A DNA stretch of 64,000 bases, taken from the IMG/VR virus record IMGVR_UViG_3300037310_000404, positions 1-64,000 of that record; one strand, given 5' to 3'. The notes under the pieces were generated by a model. It was not told the origin of the DNA, searched no databases, and saw nothing but the letters and a program-made list of their open reading frames with translations. This document shows, piece after piece, positions 58,628 through 64,000 of this stretch; the stretch's first letter is position 1, and each line of letters starts with the position of its first letter. The translations under genes and the position numbers were made by a program. The stretch is from a virus.

Positions 58628-59356
58628 ATGTTTGGAATAGATCTAAAATACACAATTAATTGGTGGAAAGATGCCTTAGGCCTTTCCAAGCCAAATCCTC
58701 CAGTCCAGCCGCCAAGCCCTGCAAAACCAGAAATTGTAACTCCTTCGCCAGCGATCAAAACACCGACCGGTGTCGAGCTTCAGTTTAATCCAGGAAACGT
58801 TGTTACGGATGAAGATTTTTCCAATTGCGACTCAATGAGCGAACAAGATATCCAGGACTTTTTTGTCAGAAAGGGCGGCGTTATTTTGCCAAACTATTCT
58901 ATAAATGGGCATCTTGCGTCTTATTGGTTTTATAAACATTCAAAAGATAATGGAATTAATCCAAAAGTAATCATCACTCATTTGCAGAAAGAACAAGGGG
59001 CCGTTACTCGTAAAACTCCTTTTGCCAAACAGAGAACGTATGATTATTTAATGGGCGTAGGAGCAACTGATAGCGGCGATAATCCGAAGTGGGCTGGCGC
59101 AGATAATCAAATACTTGGGGCAGTTTTAACTACAAAGAAGTGGTTCGATAAAGGGAAATTAAATAAATATCCATATATCATGTCGGTGTCTGATAGACCA
59201 AGTTTGCCAATAGAAAATGCGGCGACTTTTAGTTTATATAAATACACGCCATGGGTTGGTGACATTGATAAGCAAATCGGTAAAAATCTGTATAAGGTTC
59301 CGTTTGGAAATTATCTTTTCTGGAAAATATACAACTCCAAAACATTTTGGGGCTAA
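58628..59356 (+). CDS. Putative lysozyme-like peptidoglycan hydrolase (endolysin candidate)
   Basis: GINPKVIITHLQKEQG...MGVG...NQI...NAATFSLYKYTP pattern after a Pro-rich linker. Confidence 0.5.
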   Translation: MFGIDLKYTINWWKDALGLSKPNPPVQPPSPAKPEIVTPSPAIKTPTGVELQFNPGNVVTDEDFSNCDSMSEQDIQDFFVRKGGVILPNYSINGHLASYWFYKHSKDNGINPKVIITHLQKEQGAVTRKTPFAKQRTYDYLMGVGATDSGDNPKWAGADNQILGAVLTTKKWFDKGKLNKYPYIMSVSDRPSLPIENAATFSLYKYTPWVGDIDKQIGKNLYKVPFGNYLFWKIYNSKTFWG

Positions 59357-59379
59357 TCTAACCACGAACTGGCGGTGTC

Positions 59380-60054
59380 ATGGAAGTCGCCTACATTGCA
59401 CCAAGAATCATATATGCTAAATTTAATAGCAAGGAGCACCTCTGCACGGCTCTCCTTCGAGTGGTAGAGTATTACGAAAATAGGCGGTTTCATAATAAGA
59501 AAGTATCGTATAGGGAATACGTAAAGTGGTATAACGATACTAAACCGGCAATAGATAAACCATACAACAAGTCGTTTTTTGGAATGTTTTTGCCGGGAAG
59601 TTACTTCCGCCAATTCCTAAAAAACTATTCTCTAAAAGATCTCACTGTAAACGAGAGAGACCTGATAGAAAACTTGAAAAAATCTATTGGCAATGAATTT
59701 TTAAAGAGCAGAAAAAGATACGGTGTCATAGTTGGGTTTGAAGGGATAAAGAGCTCGACCGTAAAGCATGAGCTCTCTCATGCTATAGCATATCTTAATC
59801 CGGCGTACAGGAAGTCTATAAATAAATTAATTAAAAAGATACCAAAAGAAGAACTGGAAAAGATGCGTGGAGCGATGAGGGATATTTTAAAATATCCGAA
59901 AGAAGAGATTGATGAAGAAATAATTTCTCGACTCATAGAGAGTATCGGTTTAGATCGACTATTTTGCCGTAAACAGCTTGGAAAAAAGGTCAGAGTTAGC
60001 ACAAGGTTTAGAGATGAATTGCGAAATAACCTAAATTCATTTCTAATTAATTAA
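59380..60054 (+). CDS. Hypothetical protein with HExxH motif
   Basis: KHELSHAIAY...EIDEE. Confidence 0.65.
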   Translation: MEVAYIAPRIIYAKFNSKEHLCTALLRVVEYYENRRFHNKKVSYREYVKWYNDTKPAIDKPYNKSFFGMFLPGSYFRQFLKNYSLKDLTVNERDLIENLKKSIGNEFLKSRKRYGVIVGFEGIKSSTVKHELSHAIAYLNPAYRKSINKLIKKIPKEELEKMRGAMRDILKYPKEEIDEEIISRLIESIGLDRLFCRKQLGKKVRVSTRFRDELRNNLNSFLIN

Positions 60055-60067
60055 TTTTAATTAAAAA

Positions 60068-60079
60068 TTTTTATAAAAA
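60068..60079. promoter_or_regulatory. Palindromic TTTTTATAAAAA motif after a TAATTAATTAA tract
   Basis: Intergenic, upstream of the small-gene cluster. Confidence 0.55.
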
Positions 60080-60116
60080 TACATTATAATAAATGATCAT
60101 ATCATATAGAGAAAAG

Positions 60117-60350
60117 ATGTATATTAGGCTTGCAAATAAGCCCAACAAGTATCCCTGGAATGCTAATCCGCATTCTAAGCTGGATTCGCCTGAGGAAAAC
60201 AATATCGAAGCTCTCGATAAAAAGAAGGTAGTAAAGATTAAGCCTGATAAAAGCCTTATGCGCCAGCAGCTAGACAAGCGTTTTATAAATTGGGAAAGTT
60301 TAAATCAATTAGCAGTACCTACTTTTGAAGAAAGCGCAAAAGGAGAATAA
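60117..60350 (+). CDS. Small hypothetical protein
   Basis: Open frame; start uncertain (60093 or 60117). Confidence 0.55.
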   Translation: MYIRLANKPNKYPWNANPHSKLDSPEENNIEALDKKKVVKIKPDKSLMRQQLDKRFINWESLNQLAVPTFEESAKGE

Positions 60351-60353
60351 TTA

Positions 60354-60560
60354 ATGCTCATCAAAGACGAAGCAGAAAGTTTAGAAAAAGATGTTCTGCT
60401 TGCCAACAAAAAAGCTATGCGACAAATACTTACGCTTGGTGAGATGGTTCTTCCAAAGGAAAAGTATCCGCGTTTTCGCCAAAGCGTGTTAAATAGTTTT
60501 GGTAAATCTGGCCTTGAGACAGATATTAAAACAATTATAGAAAAATATACAGAGAAATAA
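60354..60560 (+). CDS. Small hypothetical protein
   Basis: RBS AAGGAG; 68 aa. Confidence 0.7.
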   Translation: MLIKDEAESLEKDVLLANKKAMRQILTLGEMVLPKEKYPRFRQSVLNSFGKSGLETDIKTIIEKYTEK

Positions 60561-60575
60561 ACGGGAGTTTTAAAA

Positions 60576-61118
60576 ATGGCTAATCTAGTAGATATTCTTT
60601 TGCAAGTGGTTGATTCGACGGGAAATGTCCAGTCGAGCCTTCCTGCGGTTTTGTATAACCAAAGCTATTCTGATCCGTTCCATCCAATACCAACTTCTGT
60701 TCTTAGATCGGGAACCACTGACGGGTCTGGAAGGGTTATGTTCACTGGCATTGGGGCAGGAGTATATGATATTGGGGTTTCTACTAATGATGGAATTAGC
60801 TATCTTAGAAACTATTACGTAAAAAATGAATATGTGGTAGTGCCAGGAACATCCCTTGATTTTGAGTCAAGAACATATGTTGAGGCTCAGTCACAAGTGA
60901 CATCACCGGGGATTCTGACTCAGCACCCGGTTAACAATACTGGCACTGGATACTACGCGACTAATTCTGGTACTGAGGCTTTCGGTCTGCCGTTTCCGGT
61001 ATCTGGATCAGCTACAACTGTTAATGTTTCCACTACCAGAGCCAAAGAAAGCGGTAGCTCGTACTATCATTTAAACGGAAGCCAGTTGTTCCAGCAAAAA
61101 GTCAGAATGAAGGTCTAA
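60576..61118 (+). CDS. Hypothetical protein with Ig-like N-terminus
   Basis: RBS GGGAG; TTDGSGRVMF...GVYDI motif. Confidence 0.7.
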   Translation: MANLVDILLQVVDSTGNVQSSLPAVLYNQSYSDPFHPIPTSVLRSGTTDGSGRVMFTGIGAGVYDIGVSTNDGISYLRNYYVKNEYVVVPGTSLDFESRTYVEAQSQVTSPGILTQHPVNNTGTGYYATNSGTEAFGLPFPVSGSATTVNVSTTRAKESGSSYYHLNGSQLFQQKVRMKV

Positions 61119-61119
61119 C

Positions 61120-61479
61120 ATGCCAATTCTGCCTGATGGATCTGGTTCTCAATTTATAGTCCAGCAGGATAGGACCATAGATCCGTTAACAGTTCAAAGA
61201 TATTGCACCGGATGTCCGTTTAAGGCTGTAAAAACTAATGTTAGAAATCCAAGCGCCAATGGATCTACTAATCCAACGCTATGGGAAGATTCCGGGTCAG
61301 AACAAGCTCCGATGCTAAAAACTCAATATTATTGCACTTCTCCAAACTTCGATTACAAAAAAGCCATATTTTATAACGTGGCCTCGACAATAGGATTCGG
61401 ATACTGCCCATTCTTCCTGGAAAAGTGGCAGCAACTTGAGAGTAATCATGATCCGGTTGATCCGCCAAATCAATACTAA
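61120..61479 (+). CDS. Hypothetical Cys-containing protein
   Basis: YCTGCPF...YYC...GYCPF. Confidence 0.65.
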   Translation: MPILPDGSGSQFIVQQDRTIDPLTVQRYCTGCPFKAVKTNVRNPSANGSTNPTLWEDSGSEQAPMLKTQYYCTSPNFDYKKAIFYNVASTIGFGYCPFFLEKWQQLESNHDPVDPPNQY

Positions 61480-61488
61480 GGTGAGCAA

Positions 61489-61956
61489 ATGAACAAAAAT
61501 ACGATACATGAAAATGAGATAGCTGATATATTCGCTGCCCTTTCTGCTTTTAAGAATATTAAGACTGGTGCCAAACAAAGTCTTGAGGGTATCAGTTTTA
61601 GATATAAGACAGTTCAATACCACCTTGTTGACGATTTGTTTGAAGAGATTGCTAGAAATAATGATATATTTGGAGATGCTAAGATATATGCAGAACGCTT
61701 CTCTCTTCCTGGATATGGTAAGAAAAATCAATATCTAACTGGCGAAGAATATCAGTATGAGATTGTTATCGGAATTGAGCCAAAAGCCACCCTTGATGCA
61801 TATCACACCGAGATGCAAAACGTTCTTAACGCCATAGAAAAAAAGCATGGCGTAGATATCTATAGCGAGCCATACGAAGAAATCGAGGGCTATGGCTATA
61901 ACATCCACAAGATCATCTTCTACACTACAAAAGAAGATATATTCCCTCGCGAATAA
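61489..61956 (+). CDS. Hypothetical protein
   Basis: RBS AAGGTG; 155 aa. Confidence 0.7.
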   Translation: MNKNTIHENEIADIFAALSAFKNIKTGAKQSLEGISFRYKTVQYHLVDDLFEEIARNNDIFGDAKIYAERFSLPGYGKKNQYLTGEEYQYEIVIGIEPKATLDAYHTEMQNVLNAIEKKHGVDIYSEPYEEIEGYGYNIHKIIFYTTKEDIFPRE

Positions 61957-61967
61957 CCGGAGCTTAT

Positions 61968-62156
61968 ATGGCTAAAATGAATGGATATGAAAAATTTTAT
62001 AAAAATGACCTTGCAATAGGCGGCAATCCTCGCCTTGACGAAAGACCGTCAGCTATAAGCGATAGCATGGATACACAGCCTACAATTCAGCAGTTAAAAA
62101 AGTTTACCAAAGAAGATTTTAAAAAAATGATGCAAGTAGAAAGGGAAGAGATATAA
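61968..62156 (+). CDS. Small hypothetical protein
   Basis: RBS GGAG; 62 aa. Confidence 0.6.
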   Translation: MAKMNGYEKFYKNDLAIGGNPRLDERPSAISDSMDTQPTIQQLKKFTKEDFKKMMQVEREEI

Positions 62157-62157
62157 A

Positions 62158-62607
62158 ATGAGCAAGTTAAATCAATTTAATGCAAACACTAATGAAGCCG
62201 TCGGCGTCGCTTTAGCGTCAAATGTCGGCAATTCACAACCAACCCCAAAAGATGGGGTTCCTGGAAATATTAACACGGCCCAGGGTGGCGAGACTATCTC
62301 CCCAGCAGGTGCCACCAGGGAATCATTGAGCGCTCCGCTTCAAGCAATACATGGAGCCCTGGTTTCCGGCGGAGAAGACCCATTATTCCAAAACAACATA
62401 CAGTCTAGCAGCCCTGGTTTAACTGGTGGCCTTGATCTGCCTGCGCGGCTTGAAGATGTTAGAGTTGGGTTCAGCTCATACGGATCAGCCGAAAATAGCG
62501 TTGGCAAGCCGGAGCAATCAGCCGCAACCGATCAGCTATATAATATACCGACCGACACGACTACCCCAAATATGGTAAATAACGTCGGCGCTAGATTCTT
62601 AAGATAA
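62158..62607 (+). CDS. Hypothetical low-complexity, probably disordered protein
   Basis: G/S/A/N/P-rich 149 aa. Confidence 0.65.
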   Translation: MSKLNQFNANTNEAVGVALASNVGNSQPTPKDGVPGNINTAQGGETISPAGATRESLSAPLQAIHGALVSGGEDPLFQNNIQSSSPGLTGGLDLPARLEDVRVGFSSYGSAENSVGKPEQSAATDQLYNIPTDTTTPNMVNNVGARFLR

Positions 62608-62628
62608 TTAATATAATAAGAGGTACCT

Positions 62629-62829
62629 GTGGCAACTAATAGCGAAAGAGACTTCTATTCAGAGGCGTTCGGAGCAGCTAGGCTCAGAAACTATAATGGT
62701 TCTACAGTTTCTGAGTTTCCAAAAAACTCTGATAACACGTCGTTATCTTCTAATCAAAATATCGAATCACCAAGAAAAATTTATGGAGATAAGTTGCTCG
62801 ATGATGTAGCGACGAGATATTTGATATAA
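62629..62829 (+). CDS. Small hypothetical protein
   Basis: RBS AGAGGT; GTG start. Confidence 0.6.
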   Translation: MATNSERDFYSEAFGAARLRNYNGSTVSEFPKNSDNTSLSSNQNIESPRKIYGDKLLDDVATRYLI

Positions 62830-62830
62830 A

Positions 62831-63040
62831 ATGAGGAAGAAATTTGTTTTTTGTTTTTACTATGATAGAGAGGTGCCAGTTGAAAAGAATTCTTCCGGCT
62901 GCTGCGAGTTTTTCAACGACTCTACAGCCAGATGCGACTATCACAAGTATTCAATTTCTAGCAGAAGAACTCAAGAGAAGTTTTATCGCCTTAGTGAGCG
63001 TGATGATTTGTTAAAAAATTTGGATGAAGAAGATCAATAA
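62831..63040 (+). CDS. Small Cys-rich hypothetical protein
   Basis: FC...GCC...RCDYH. Confidence 0.55.
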   Translation: MRKKFVFCFYYDREVPVEKNSSGCCEFFNDSTARCDYHKYSISSRRTQEKFYRLSERDDLLKNLDEEDQ

Positions 63041-63079
63041 TTGTAGTATAATATATTCAATCCACCACTTACGAGGTAA

Positions 63080-63874
63080 ATGCAGGAGATGAAAAACCAA
63101 CAACTTGGCAATGACGCTATCGGACATCATATCATTGCGGATCTACACGGTATTAAAAATTCAGATACTTTTGATAATATAGAAATAATGAAATCGCTGC
63201 TAATGGCAGCCGCTAAAAAAGCGAAAATGAAAGTAGTATCTGAGGCATGGTACAAGTTCGAGCCAACTGGTCTGACAGGCGTTTTGGTTTTGGCTTCATC
63301 TCATATCAGTGTGCATTACTGGCCCGAAAAACAGTTCTTGCATTGCGATATATTTACTTGTAATGACGGCGTTGCCGAACATGCTCTTGAGTATATTATC
63401 GATGCCTTAAAGCCGGATTTGAACAAGTCGAAAATTATAAATATTGACAGAAGCATCTACAAGGAAACAAAGCCATTTGGTTTTTCATTTTTAATTGATG
63501 GACTTGGATGCGCATCACTTAAAGATCTTGACGATATCGATATAGCCTACGACTTTTTAAATGAACTCACCGAATCCATAGGTATGACGAAGCAATCGGA
63601 GCCATGCGTGGTGAGGACCGATGCCAAGAAATTTCCCGATAAGCGCGGATTGTCAGGCGCAGTTTTTTTGGTAGAATCATCGATAACTATCCACACTATA
63701 TCAACGGCTGATAAACGCTTTGTTACGGTTGATTGCTACAGCTGCAGGCCGTTTGACAAAGAAATAGTTAAAAAAGTAATTAAGAAATACTACAAGCCGA
63801 AAATGTTCAGCAAAGAACAGTATCTTGAGCGTGGCGTTGAATACCATGCATATAACGATTCTAGAAAGGCGTAA
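63080..63874 (+). CDS. speD: Tandem two-domain S-adenosylmethionine decarboxylase-family (pyruvoyl) proenzyme
   Basis: Domain 1: HHIIADL...GLTGVLVLASSHISVHYWPE...DIFTC. Domain 2: FLIDG...GLSGAVFLVESSITIHT...DCYSC. Confidence 0.88.
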   Translation: MQEMKNQQLGNDAIGHHIIADLHGIKNSDTFDNIEIMKSLLMAAAKKAKMKVVSEAWYKFEPTGLTGVLVLASSHISVHYWPEKQFLHCDIFTCNDGVAEHALEYIIDALKPDLNKSKIINIDRSIYKETKPFGFSFLIDGLGCASLKDLDDIDIAYDFLNELTESIGMTKQSEPCVVRTDAKKFPDKRGLSGAVFLVESSITIHTISTADKRFVTVDCYSCRPFDKEIVKKVIKKYYKPKMFSKEQYLERGVEYHAYNDSRKA

Positions 63875-63889
63875 TCGGTGGAGGAATAA

Positions 63890-64000
63890 ATGGACAATAT
63901 AGAAATTCAGGCTTTAGCCGACGCGCTTGTAGAAAAGCTAAAGGAAGATGGTATTAAAATCTTCCCAGAAACCGCAAGTGCTATAGCGCAAGAAATAGCA
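63890..64000 (+). CDS. Hypothetical protein, 3' truncated
   Basis: RBS GGAGGA; open to the window end (MDNIEIQALADALVEKL). Confidence 0.7.
   Translation, partial: MDNIEIQALADALVEKLKEDGIKIFPETASAIAQEIA

Larger units (their letters stand above)
1..64000 (+). other. Large myovirus-type phage genome segment (virion morphogenesis, lysis and accessory genes)
   Basis: Colinear neck, terminator, sheath, tube, chaperone, tape measure, baseplate and fibre genes; dense TAATG/ATGA gene overlaps; no host housekeeping genes. Confidence 0.93.

Noticed and set aside
1383-62944. Many short minus-strand and nested ORFs in the track (e.g. 8402..8716, 40911..41483, 56084..56635)
   Set aside because: They lie wholly opposite long, well-supported genes, lack RBS or promoter, and show antisense-shadow composition.
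63041-63052. TATAAT upstream of speD as a promoter
   Set aside because: No properly spaced -35 and no TG extension; AT-rich context makes a chance match likely.
1-64000. Genome-wide TGA or TAG recoding (codes 4, 25, 15)
   Set aside because: Very long Gly-, Trp- and Gln-containing ORFs are uninterrupted under code 11, so global reassignment is unsupported; only the local case at 10806/11571 is kept.
1-64000. tRNA, rRNA, group I/II introns
   Set aside because: Intergenic gaps are short (under ~185 bp) and show no cloverleaf or intron core; tRNAscan-SE/Infernal would confirm.

Overview
The window is a segment of a large, AT-rich dsDNA myovirus (contractile-tailed phage) genome, and nearly all genes lie on the + strand. 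Order of modules: a 5'-truncated collagen-like fibre gene plus two small beta-rich genes; three glycosyltransferase genes (GT9-like, GT2+methyltransferase, GT4+GT2); Ig-like genes; neck/head-completion genes with an inserted HNH endonuclease; tail terminator, sheath and tube; tail-assembly chaperone with a -1 slippery site; tape measure; baseplate (tube initiator, hub, spike, PAAR-like, gp25-like, J-like, I-like); about 19 kb of fibre/adhesin genes; a holin-like and a spanin-like gene; a metallophosphoesterase/NDT/DUF192/endolysin-candidate cluster; small unknown genes; and a tandem two-domain SpeD. No capsid, portal, terminase, tRNA, rRNA or CRISPR array was seen. All product calls come from motif recognition by eye, with no database search. 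The strongest hypothesis is a phage-encoded virion O-glycosylation system: four GT domains and a methyltransferase sit next to Gly-X-Ser/Thr collagen, and Ser-Gly dipeptides are strongly and directionally enriched in the predicted surface domains of the structural proteins. Other leads are an in-frame TGA-interrupted modular protein, an antisense membrane gene with its own sigma70 promoter inside the tail operon, a possible spanin with unusual topology, a palindromic intergenic motif, and the two-domain SpeD.
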